Assembly (NCBI GenBank): GCA_973895155.1
Contig: OZ316894.1
Coordinates: forward strand, 17,824,563-17,888,562
Reading direction: 5' to 3'
Origin: Marsupella aquatica
Taxonomy: Eukaryota; Plantae; Marchantiophyta
DNA length: 64,000 nt
Part shown: positions 25,503 to 52,620 of the stretch, piece after piece
Position numbering within the stretch: position 1 is the stretch's first letter
Layout: each line of letters opens with the position of its first letter
Notes under the pieces: generated by a model
Database searches by the model: none
What the model was told of the DNA's origin: nothing
What the model saw: only the letters and a program-made list of their open reading frames with translations
Translations under genes and position numbers: made by a program

Positions 25503-28500
25503 AGTTTTGCACGAATGGAGATGAACGATTAGGGGAATGGGAGAAAATGTGGAAGTGTTTAGTTTTCTTCTGTAGAAAGAAGAGCCTTACAACCTCTACA
25601 TGATTAGAAGGTAGTAAACTGTTGTCTGTAATTGCAATGTACAATACTGAATGAATCTCGAAATTGGGACCTGTTTCAACAGCTATCTAAATTTGCTCAA
25701 TTATTATAGTTGTTCAACAACTTGGATGTATGAATGGTCTGTAAAACATCCTCGTCAAAACTTCCAACTGCGAAGTAAAGAGTCTCGTAGTCGTTCCAAG
25801 CATCAACGTTTTGAACAATATCCTCGTTAATTCTTGTGGATGCTGAGTTTCTCACAATCATACTCATTAAATTGGAAAGTCAGAACCGTTTTTGTTTCTG
25901 TACACCCCAGCTATAGCAGGGACGTGAATGATTTCCCAAGTTACATAGCACACGCAGTACAGGTCTATTATGACGAAGACGTCAATTCACGACTTTCGAA
26001 ATCCACGTGTGCCTGCCAGGGCAGGTGGTAGAGGTGCCGGAATTGAGCAAGTCCCATGTATTTTGGAGGATAACATTTCAGGTCCCAGACTTCCCCAGCT
26101 CATCACCACCAAGGTGATATTGACAACTGAAAGTGAAGTACCACAACTTGATTTTAAGTTCCTCGCTAGTAAGCTCTCAGGGGGTCGCGGGAGTTTTTCT
26201 GACGCTTCGAGCAAAGATTCGAGTTTCTAGGATATGTCGTGTGTACGGGGAAGGGTATTATTGTGGTAATTGTGCTGGTCAGTGGTCTTGAGTCCATTGA
26301 AGCACAATAGAGCCATCCTCGAATAACTATACCCGGGTTTCTAACAGTGTTCTAGTCTTGGCCTATGTCCCTGTAGTAGTCACTGTGAAGACACCAATCT
26401 GTGAAAGTGTTACATGAGTTTTGGACGACCCTTCACATTATCAAGAGATGCGTTCTTTATTCTAACCCCAACCCCGTTCTTCGGCGTAAGAACGCACGTG
26501 AGCAAGTATTCGATACGGATGTGGAAGGTCTTGCTTCTCAAATGCACAAGGGGATATGTGTATTAATCTGTCGGTGCAAGTTTCAGCACTTTCTTGATAT
26601 AGATTGAGGCCGAGATACTAAAACCTCTAACATACGGTGTGTGAGTGTGGCTACGGATGATGCCTGGTAAGAAGAATAGAAACAGAGAGAGAACAGAGTA
26701 AATCTAGATGATGCTTGTTAGCAATCGACTAAACTGACTCTTTCATGACTTCTATGGATAACTGCACTTATTTCTCATTTGATAACTCAATTCAGTTCAA
26801 TGGAAAGACTGGCTAGTGGCATTGATGTGTGTGAAAATTAAGCTATGGCCAGTTGGCCATCAAGATAACTTGGTGGGATTGACGACAGCTCGTTGTCGTC
26901 TCAAATGGCGGCGAACTTAACAAGAGTAATGTGGATGAGCTTTTCAGCAGGGTCCACGTGCACATTAGGGATGTAAGAGTTCATCATTAGTTTTACAATA
27001 GCATGGAGATTCCTTTGGACAGTACCTTTGGAGAGTATTTGCTACCAATGTGCACGCAATTGCTGCCTACTCTATGACAATGAGCAATGAGGACAGAGTT
27101 GATTGTTGTCTACTCTGGCCATTAGCAATTGCAGGGGAGGGATTCCAGCAACTATTTCAAAATTAATTAGATGGCATGCCCGTTGTCACCAAAGTGTGGA
27201 GAATTTGGAAGTTGTCGATTACGCAGGAACCACGAGTGAAAGGTCGGTCAGAAACCTGTGAAGCGCTGAATGCAACAGCCTACTCACGAGAAGGTCAAGG
27301 CTTAGCCTTGAAGCCATCCTCTGTTTGAGCCGATCCCTCGTTCATCTCTTGCACGGGAGGCCATGACTCATTTTTCTGTTTTGTTTGGAAGCAGGCAAGA
27401 AATCTAAACCGGTAGATCTCACACCCGAGTTGCAATTGTAGTACCAAATTCTTCGCAATTTTTGACCATCACGCTTACACGGGACAGAAATGGTAACCAT
27501 CTATGGATTCCATTATGAAATGAAGTGTCCACCACTCATTATGATACCGTTCTGACAGCAGGGAGTGACTTTAGAACGACTGTAGAGATCTAAATCTTTG
27601 ATCAGCGTGAACCACTTCCGAATGTGGGGACATGGCAGCACGCGATTGCTCGTGATCGTTAAAGGTGTGGTTGAGGAGGGCCCACAGATCATCAGCATTA
27701 TTTTGTATCATTTCTACTTCCAGTGTTTGCTGGCTCTAGCCCAACCATGACTTAGTGAAAAATGTGTCTCGCACGAAACCAACCATGGGTATGGCTAGCT
27801 TTACAGGCCCTACTACCATAAATGTGAGCAATCATATCACCAATGATAAACATTGCCTTACATTAGAAGCTCATTTGCCTTACACGGCATTGCCCCATAA
27901 TGACGATAACATTTGTTATCTAGCAATTCACACCAGATCCTTTAACACCTATCACTCACATGCAAATTATTTTACTCGTAGACTTTGAATGCAAAATGTA
28001 GGAAACTCGTTGGTTACACCATTATCTGAATACCCGCTGATGCCCACAAAAGGGCTCCTCATACCCACATACCCAGACCATAAACATCACAAGCATAGTC
28101 TAAAATATTTTTGAAAATGTGATAAAGAGATAGCATGGCCTGTGGCTTCACTCTACAATATGGAGTAGGTCATGAAAAGTATATTTTGATCATGAACTAT
28201 AGCACAGAAGACATTTTCAAAATAACTGGACAAATACTTTATTTTTTGAGAATCATACACCTTTCTCAAAAACTATTGGCACTAGAAGATTAAAAGACTG
28301 ATGGTGCTATCACTGGTGCCATCTGAGCCCAACTCCAGGCATGGGTGCAAGATAAGAATGAAGGAACAAGAGATTATTAGAGTTACTTAGACCGAAGTCC
28401 CATGGGGTTGGGAGTGAGGAGTACAAATGTGTGTCAGAATGTTTGAGCCAATAAAATTACAGCTTTTGGGGGACTGAAAGGTGTGCAAATGTTGTAGTAT

Positions 28501-28904
28501 GGAATGCCCCAGGGGGTGTTCCATGGAGTGGTGGTACTCCCTGCCCCTGGCCCATGGAACCTAGCCCTGAGTTCCCACAGTTATGAATTTTGGAACCATC
28601 TTGGGAGCCTACTAAAATTCCCAACCCCTTATTATAACACGGGTATGAGTTCACTGACCTGTATCAATTCAGGTGTACAATTCTCAAGGTATACGCTTAT
28701 CAAGACAGTGCAAACTCAAGCCATAAACCCAGTGTGACTTGCGTGAGTGGTGGAGTAAGAGGACTGTCTTTACGTCCTGCGGCCACCGCAAGACATACTC
28801 TCTAATAGGGGGTGTAAAAGTTCTCCCATAGCAATTCCTGACTGTAAAAGCATTTTATGTCCTGAGCCGTAACTCAATTACTACTGTGCTTTGACACGCC
28901 TACT

Positions 28905-29460
28905 ATCTTGACAGACACAAAACTATGATCGCACAGCCAGTACTCTATTCTTGACGGACGCAAAACTTGACACGAAACTATGATCGCACAGCCAGTACTC
29001 TATTCTTGACGGACGCAAAACTTGACACGAAACTATGATCGCACAGCCAGTACTCTATTCTTGACGGACGCAAAACTTGACACGAAACTATGATCGCACA
29101 GCCAGTACTCTATTCTTGACGGACGCAAAACTTGACACGAAACTATGATCGCACAGCCAGTACGTCGTCTTGACGGACGCAAAACTCTGATTGAACAGCC
29201 AGTACGTCGTCTTGACGGACGCAAAACTATGATTGAGCAGCCAAAGCTTTCTTCTTGACGGACGCGAAACTTTGATCGATCAGCCAGTACCGTCGACTTG
29301 ATGGACGCAAAACTATAATCGAGCATTCAGTACTGTCATCTGGACGGACGCAAAACTTTGATCGAGTAGCCAGTACTGTCTTCTTGACGGACGCAAAAAT
29401 GTGATCGAGCAGCCAGTACTGTCGTCTTGACGGACGCAAAATTATGATCGAGTAGCCTGT
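28905..29460. repeat. Minisatellite: near-identical 55-bp units grading into diverged 43-bp units
   Basis: CACGAAACTATGATCGCACAGCCAGTACTCTATTCTTGACGGACGCAAAACTTGA at 28971, 29026, 29081 (near-complete or partial copies at ~28916 and 29136), then ~7 shorter diverged units. Confidence 0.95.
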
Positions 29461-30331
29461 ATTTCTCAGCGGGCAACAGAGTCGAGGTCTCGAGTACCGT
29501 CCATGTCTGTCATCGAGTCGCGTGCGCCTTCCATTGCGTGCAAGCATGTCAATTCTTTCGCCGTGTGAATGGAAATGGTTGCCATGGACGTTCACAGTTC
29601 ACCCATTGTCGGCGTGGGGCTCAGTTTGTTTACCGATTCCTGTGTGACGGTTCCGCTGGTTTGTAACGTAAGTTGACCGGATTGTGTTGCTAGATTTGTA
29701 ATCTTGGACTGTTGGTGGTCTCGTTACTCCACATTTTCCTGACGTCTCAGCGGTTTATGTATTCGTCATCTGCCATTGAATTCTGTTTGTTCTTAGATTA
29801 GAATTCCGGTTGTACTGAAAACTGGACGTCGCTGATATTTTTGGTTTCGTTGGCTGAGGGTGCTGGTTGACATCTTGCTTACGATGTGGCTTGCGTTTTG
29901 TTACACGATGCTTGTGCCTGGCCGCGGGAACAGAGCCGTCCTTCTGATGCTCACGCTGTTACCTCAATCCCTGAGTTGATGCACATTATTGCATGAATTG
30001 TAATCCTGATGCGCACGCCAGACTTTCCAGACCGACGACATTTTTTCTCATTCCAGTGCTCGGTTCCCTTTTGTCATCCCGTTTCGCGCTGTTTTCTGCC
30101 TTCCGTTCGTTCAGGTGACGTCTTTTGGACTGATTGTCTCAAATGCAGTAATTCTCGGTTACTGAGGTTTAATTCTTTGGACATCGAAGCAATCTGTCTT
30201 TGATGGTACCTTTCTATGCACGACAGTGCGACGGCAATTTTTTGGCATGCTTTCGCTGCAAAAAGTCCTGAGTACATTCCTCAATTCCTAGCAATTGTTC
30301 GCACCAATTTGTAGTGCCGCTGGCGGAAAAC

Positions 30332-45077
<14,746 letters not shown>

Positions 45078-46276
45078 TAATGACCTTCAGCACATTGCTG
45101 ATATCCTCTTACTAGTGGCCAGTGCGTTGAAGGCAAATCAATTTGGCGCAGGGATTCAGAATCCAAGGGTTGAAGTTCACCAAACTTCATCAGTTCTTCA
45201 GGCCCATCTAGTTCATTCAATTTGTGAAGGTCTGTATCTATGTGACAATGTTTTAGGGCACATGAAGTCGATGCCTAGAACTCTATCCCACAAGTAGCCA
45301 AAGGTTCTTGAAGAGCACCTCATACATCCCAACTGTGGAGTCTTTATGTTCTTAGGGTTCCAATTGCTCCAGGATATGTAGTTTTCTTCGTGCTGAGGTT
45401 CCAGTATATAAAATATTTTAACCAAACAACCAAGTATCTCATCGAGGATAGTCCGAGGTTTGCTGCACTCGTCTGCCAATGTTTCCACGGTTCCAATGCG
45501 AACCGAGTAATGATACATCCTCCCTTCCAGTCTCAGTTCATCGGCAACTGATCACCTGGCCATGTACATAGCACAATGTTCCCCACACCAGCAAACTCCA
45601 AACTCCAGGTTTACTCCAGACATTCATGGACCTGTCAATTGACTCTGGTGGAGTACCAAATTGAAACTACTTGTCTGCCCTACGAAATACGGCCCTGCTA
45701 TAGATGACTATTTTGCTCTCATAATAATCGGGCCCAACCACAAAGCTCTCAAGCAAAACCAGGTGCTCCTTCGAACGCAGAGACCTTAAAGATGTGTCCT
45801 AAGGGAAACACTTCCAGCTTCGTGTACCTGAGAATTTACTATATTTCCACGCTTCGCGGCAGGCCAGATAGTTTCGTCTGGCTCGATTGGGAAGTGCAAA
45901 ATTTAGCAGAAATTGGAAGAAAGAATCAAAATGATGTCACTCTTTTATGCTACTTTCTTCATCTTGCACATCCATCCATCCAGCACCCTAGGGTTTTGCT
46001 GGCCAGTAGATGGGAAAAGACTGGCCAGATTAATGTCATTTGCAAGCCGAAAGGTATCAGAGCTCTTCTGTCAATAAAGCGAGAAGCTTTGCCCAAATTC
46101 TGAGCCGACTTTACAGGAATTGAAAGTATTTGCCTGGAAATGCCTGAGAGGTATCAGAATTACCTTACAAAGTAGACACCCGCTCATGATTCTAAACAAT
46201 AAAAGCTCTGATAGCTTGGGTAGAGATAAGCGCATATGTCAAAAGGTAAACAATTGCTCGTCATTGAATAATTCCT

Positions 46277-48162
46277 TCACAGTTTAGACCACGATTCAAT
46301 ATGAACTGCGAGAGCTTCAAAAACCTGAGCATAGACGGGCTTCTTGAAGTCCACAACCTGTCATAGCGAAAAACCCAAACAGGCTTCAGTCACTCACAAC
46401 ATAACTTAGGTCTCGTCAGCGCATCACTTCCAAAAAGCTTGTCACTCCCCAAGAGTCCCAACGAAATGAACAGAACTGCAAGGGTGCAAACTTTGGACAA
46501 CGAGTTAAAAATGCAGACAGTCCATCGCAATTTCCTGCAAAACTCAAACCTGACATGTATATCATCACAACTCGTGATATCTTACCAGAACTCAACCACA
46601 CAAAAGTTGTCCTCACATTAAATACCTAAGAATTACTAAAATTTCCTGTAAGTCGCAACTCACCGCATTTAAGACCTCCTGTGAAGACAACCACTTCCAA
46701 TCCCCAAATTCAGGTTTTTCTGAGCCATCTCCTGCCAAAGTAATCTCACTTTCATCGCCAGTGAATCGGAACAAGAACCTGCACCAGAAATGCAGCCGAG
46801 GAATTCACTTTAAGGTGTACAGAAACAACCAATTTGATCTTCATTGTCCCTAAACTTTAATAGTAACACAGCATCTGCTTTCGCTCGACGGAAGCGATGG
46901 AATGAGTAGTGGCTCACAGTTAGACATAGACCAACAACAGCAGAAAATATGCTATGAGGCTCCCTTACACATTTTATGAGACAGCGTATACGCACCATTT
47001 CTGAGCCTGGCCCTTCCATTCTGTTCCCCACAACCCAAATAATTTGGCCTTCACATCAGGTGGAAAGTCGTACGTTAACCACTGTGGCACCTGTCTCACA
47101 GAATAAATCTGAATCAGCAGCCTGGACTGACAGGAAGTGGCGGACATGGCAACGGTGAGTATGAGAAAACCCGAGATTGATTCTAAAGTCAAAGGTCCTT
47201 GCGTGGCAGCACAATAAAGTTAGCTAATTATCGCATTTAGAGAGCTCGATTTGAGGGTTTCCAAGAGCAAATGCGACGCCAAAGTCAAGTTCTTAACGAT
47301 AGAACGTACCTTACCTCTCCGATGAGTTGCACTGTGGTCACTCCCGTCTCTTCTCGTAGCTCCCGGATAGCTGCATCTCGAGGGTCTTCCCCGTCATCCA
47401 CGCCACCCTGAATCTCAATAGGACGGGATAAGTAATTTTTTGAGAGTGGGAGCTCGATCATACTGTTGTCTGGTTCCGATGAGTACTGCACTCAAGCACT
47501 GCCAGCATGTCATATTGTACCTGCGGCATTTGCCAAGAATCCGGGACGTCCAACCTTGAAGCCACAAAGACCTCATCCTTGTCATTCACGAGACAAAGCC
47601 CGACATTAGGTCGATATCGTTCTGGTACTCCTTCCGAAGCCGCCATCACTGCCAATTCGGCCTGTCCGAGGCAGAATCCCTGCTGGAGTCCGACCCGGTG
47701 ACCACTGCTGTCGAGCGACGACCTCCTAGTACTCCACCATGCAATTCTCCTAGAAGAAAACGTATTTACTCGCCTCCATGTTATCAAGAGAGAGCCTCCC
47801 TCGATCGAACTTCTCCGATGTTGCCCTCCTTCGTCAAAACGTATGGCTCGGTGACAGCGGAAAGACGCAGAAGCTAAAGTAGAACCAAACTCGGAGACAC
47901 CAAAATGAGCAGGAGGAGAAGAAGACCAAGATCCGATTGAGGAGGCTGAAGGAATACTGCAATACCGGCGAACAAAGCAGGAGGGAACGATTGGGGAGTG
48001 CAGCAAGGCGCAATGCGCGGAATTGTTCTGTTCCTTATTATAACCTCGCCTAGGTCCGGGACAATCGCTCACCACTTCGAGAGAGCTCCGTGCTCGAAAG
48101 GGAAAATTCGAGCTGGAACTAAAGTTTGCTGTGGCCTTGCAGCTGAACGATGATCTGATCAT
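46277..48162 (-). CDS. Nudix hydrolase, Ap4A hydrolase/RppH-like (NUDX25/26/27 group)
   Basis: RYRPNVG, WQMPQGG, Nudix box [49 protein letters not shown]. Exons 48162 (or 47646)-47521, 47407-47315, 47090-46996, 46778-46664, 46357-46277. Confidence 0.93.
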
Positions 48163-50192
48163 AACTTTACAAGAAGCGATCAACACTGAGTACCGCAGCG
48201 AAGCCAAGGGCAAAACAGCAACGATGATCAATCAAGACAACCAAATCTGGTCATCGAACACGGGAGAGAGCTGTAGACCTAAGTTTGCAAGCGTTCTACG
48301 TTTAGACTAAACTGAATTCGACAGTGTTCAACTCGCATCTGCACTGTGCTGCATTCACTCTAAATTACTCTGATTGTTCCACACATCTCTACAGAAAAGC
48401 AGCTCCACAACCATAACTTTCAAGATCGACCTCAGTTCCTCTCGAGAAACACGATCTGCTGAGAAAACACGACTGCTGAGAAAACACGACTGCTTCAGAA
48501 AAAGGGCGTTTGAAGTGAATGACGTCTCATAGACTGTAATGTTTGACAAGATGCTCAGATGGACTGTAGTAAGCCACATGGACCATTTCTTAATATTTCC
48601 TCTTACTCAGATAACATCTTTTCTATGAATAGTTTCAAGGTGACAAGAAGGGTATGGTGCATGGATTCCTTAATGTTAAGGGTCATCTTTCATTGCAAAG
48701 TCCTTGAGTTTTTGGCCCTGAATTCAACACATGACATACCAACATTGAGTGAGGTTTCTATGCCTCAACCTCCTCATTAGGCAAGGCATGGCATACAAAG
48801 TGGAGATCTCAGGGCAAAGGTGTGAAACTTTCAAATCTTTGAGATCCCAAACTTTGAAACTATAATCAAACAAATAGACAATTCCCAAGAGAGCCCTGTA
48901 AAGTTTGGACGTGAAACCAACAAGGAGGACCCCAGAGGCTTCGGTAGTTGCCACCAGCAAAAGACTTGATGGGGACCCCACTAGCTTCCGAAGTTCCCAC
49001 CAGCAAAAGACTTGATGGGGCACTATAGGCAAAGATATCCCTGCCGAACACCACTTTTCAAATAGACTCAATGGGGCCCCTTGTCCTTGCAACCCTTTCT
49101 CATGACCTGTGTGATTATTTTCCCCTTTTTTAAGTTGTAACATAATAAGTATAACTGTCTATCTCAGTCCAACACATGTAATTTGTGTCAACCACAATTT
49201 GCCATTTTGTATCCCTATGAATCTCCATGCTAGTGTACTCTTCTTTATTCATGTTCAAAGAAGGGTTAGTCAGGGCTAGTTTGAAAAAAGATTGGGTTGG
49301 TTTACTGATCTAGAGACATCATAAGAATTTTTGGGCACACAATGCGTATTGAACAAGAAAGGAACATCTCTATGATAAAAAAATATCAGAATATTATTTG
49401 TTTATAAGCGGTACCTCTACAGCGGTACAGTACTCATGGAGTACGGGCCATGATCATATCAACAGGTACCTTTACAAATTACAATGCTTTTGAAAATGAT
49501 ATTTTGGTTGCAACCTTATCCAACTAAGAACATTCTGCTTTTTCTTCCGGATCACGAAGGGACGAGAATCGACTACTGTAAGGATCTCATGAAAAGACCG
49601 GGACCACCAACAAGGAACAAAATCTTTTTCCCCTAATCATATAGGGACTACAGTACATGTTTCCCTCATGTCCCCTCCCAATTATAGCCATGTCAACCCA
49701 AAGATTGACCATGTTTTGGCTTCTCATTCATGCATGTAGATGTCATGGACTCGATTTAACTTATATCATTTAGCTCAATACCTGCCGGTTGCATAGAACA
49801 TAACTTTGTATAAAAGGAGTCCGTCAAAGATGTAATTTAATAAATAATAAATATCGTACTTGTATCCTACGAGGAGTTTTTGCGTGGGTGGGGCAAGGGT
49901 CAAGGAGGAGTGTTGTCCTCCTCAGTCCCCTCCATTTCCCATCCATGTGCCTCATTTTAAGGGAGACTTAATCCTTGGAAGTGCAATTATTGTATGTAGA
50001 CTATTTTTTAGGGGTCTAGTTAGAGACTTTTGTAATTCTGGAATTCTGTGAACAATACATGTCATCCCATAAATTCTTAACCATAGGATCTGTGTACTTG
50101 GACCATCTAGATTCTTTTAATGTGTGAATAATTGTGTGAACACTCGTGTGGGACAAAAGTGTCAACTTGATTCTCAGCCATGGCATGTTTAT

Positions 50193-51140
50193 TTATTTTA
50201 TTATTATTTTATTATTATTTTTTTGAAAGAAATTTTTTTATTTTTTAAAACCGTCAACGAACCGGAGAAGGGCCGGAACCCGCACACACCACCAGGGGGA
50301 CAAAAGCCACCCCCAGTGGCAACCCGGTAAACCGGGAGGAAAAAAAGAAAAAAACCCTAATCAGGCCAAAAGGACCTGTGAAGCCACCAGGTGGTAGCCA
50401 ACACCCAGCCCCTTTGGGCAGAACCCATCCCCTTCCGACACCACGCAAGTTGGTCGGGAAAGTCATGCGGATGTTTGTGCTCCATCCCGAGCTGGCGTAG
50501 GTCAAACGTAGCGGGCAAACCAGAGTACATGTGGTTGCTATTCTTCATCCAAATATTGACCCAAGGAGTTGAATCAATCCAATGTAACAGGGACAAACCT
50601 TCATCGTTCACTGTCATCAATAGAGAGGTCTAAGGCAACTGGACTCTCAGTCTGCTCCCATGGCTTCAGCACAAGCTGAATCTGGTCCAAGGCTTTCCTA
50701 ACTTGCTTGCTTTTCCTAGGAGTGGTGCATCCCCCGTACAAGGCCCTGAGGTGAATTTCAGACTGTCGCAGGGTCACCCATCCGGGGAGACGCCCAAGGA
50801 ATTGTGAGTATGTTGCTGCGTTTCGTTCTTTCCATATACTATTGCATAGTTCCATCAGAATGATAAGTGGCCCAGGTTTCCGTTTGTGTGTCCTGACCGC
50901 ATAAGAAATTGCGGTAAACAAATTGTGGTTAGGAAACTTAAGAGTTGGAGCCTCCTGCAGGGCATTGTACACCTCTTGCCACCGCTTGGTCACCATTCTG
51001 CAGCTGAAAAAAAGGTGTTCCGTGTGCTCAAAACAGAGCTTGCATCTCACACATATCCCATCACTCACCTTCCAGTGACTTCCCCTCCCGTTGGTGAAAA
51101 AACCATGGTTAAGCAACCTCCAAATCAGAAATCTCACTTT
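50193..51140 (-). mobile_element. 5'-truncated L1-type LINE (zf-RVT C-terminus, 3' UTR, A-rich tail)
   Basis: KVRFLIWRLLNHGFFT...CVRC...EHTEHLFFSC...IWKERN in ORF 50601-51221; T-rich tail on plus strand ~50193-50246; 14-bp TSD CATGGCATGTTTAT at 50179-50192 and 51141-51154. Confidence 0.92.
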
Positions 51141-51879
51141 CATGGCATGTTTATCATTGGAGCATCCACTATAAATCAACAGCATCCTAGGAGTGTGAAG
51201 ACATATTTTAATATGCAACAAATTCTTTTACATACCTGGTACATCTTGTACTCCACCACATCCTTTGTACAAACGACATAATTTTTGCAATGATATATTT
51301 TGAGTCTTTTGCACAAGAACATATTTTAAATGTAATATTTTGGGTAAGAACATCTTTTATAAAAATTTAACAACTTTTGTGCAATGCAAACAATCATCCA
51401 AAACTTTAGATATTTTGTAGAGCCCTGAATGGCTGATGATAGTAATTATATAACACTGTCAAAAACATAAACCACAACCAAGATTTCCCCATCAAATTCT
51501 TGCAACACTTAATGGTTCTCTATCTACTTCTATAATATGACATGTTGCCAAAAAGTTCTTTTGTTTGCTTACAAATTCAGAAATGCAGGGAACAAACCTG
51601 AGCCATCAAATTGTTTTAAATTTTTTGTGCTCTTGGATTGATTGGCCAGGTATGTCAAATGATATGTTTATTTTAATAGTAAAATATAGAATATATGAGA
51701 TGATATTTATCTGACATCTAACACTATAATACTCGATGCCGCCCTTTTGGAGCTTTCGTTCGTTTACAAAATGACATATGGGCGGGAAGGATCCACTGCC
51801 GTTGGATTCTTTGGCTTTTTTGGGGGGCCGTTTGTTAGTTCATTGCATGCCCCGGCCTAGCAGCCTCGCCCCTGCATTC

Positions 51880-52620
51880 GCTTGCCTTTTGTTGTTGTCG
51901 GCTGTCAGCTCCTGCATGCCCCCTCCTTGCCCCAGGCCCTTCGTCACTGCCCTCTCGCATACCCCAGGCCCTTTGTCATCGCCTGCCAGCCCCCTCGCCT
52001 GCCTTGGGCCCTGCATGCCACGGCCATCCCTCGCTTGCCTTGGGCCCTGCCACGGCCATCCCTGGGAGCGCCTGGACCGAGGGCTGTGTCGGGTGCCAGC
52101 CCCTGCCTGCCCCTTTGCTTGCCCAGGACTGCCCCCTCGCTCGCCCCAAGCCCGCCCTTTGCCACTGTTGGCTGGCAGCCCCTGCCTGCCTCCTCACTTG
52201 CCCTTGGCCCTGCCGTTGCCATCCCTCGCTCCCCTACCACGGCCATCCCTCACCACGCCTGGACCGAGGGCCCTGCCACGGCCATCGGCTGCCCGCCACT
52301 CCTTGCTTGCCAGTGCCAGCCCTCGGCCCTCCTCACTCGCCCGTGGCTTGCTGCTTGCAGCTCTCTCCCCTTCCCTGTGCGTGCCTGGCTGCCACGGTCA
52401 TCAGCCGCACAGCACGCCTGGACCGAGGCGGCCCTGCCACGGCCATCCGTCACCCCTCCTCCCTCAACCATTGGCCCTGCGACCTCAGCCCTCGGTTGCC
52501 CCTGGCTGCCTCGCGCAGTGCGCCTGGACCGAGGTGGCCCTGCATTGCCCCTCCTTACTTGCCCATGGCCGTGCTGCTCGCCCTCGCTCCCCTCCCCTGT
52601 GCGCACCTGGACTCTATCGC
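51880..52620. repeat. GC-rich cryptic repeats in the Helitron 5' region
   Basis: TGCCACGGCCATC (~6 copies) and CGCCTGGACCGAGG (4 copies: ~52070, 52256, 52416, 52521). Confidence 0.75.

Noticed and set aside
28905-29460. CRISPR-like array
   Set aside because: Units are head-to-tail with no unique spacers, there are no cas genes, and the context is eukaryotic.
45828-46163. Possible 3'-UTR intron of the Nudix gene (NMD trigger)
   Set aside because: Only GT/AG consensus matches; cannot be supported without transcripts.
48560-49143. 139-aa minus-strand ORF with an internal duplication
   Set aside because: Probably decayed repeat sequence; no motif I can assign.
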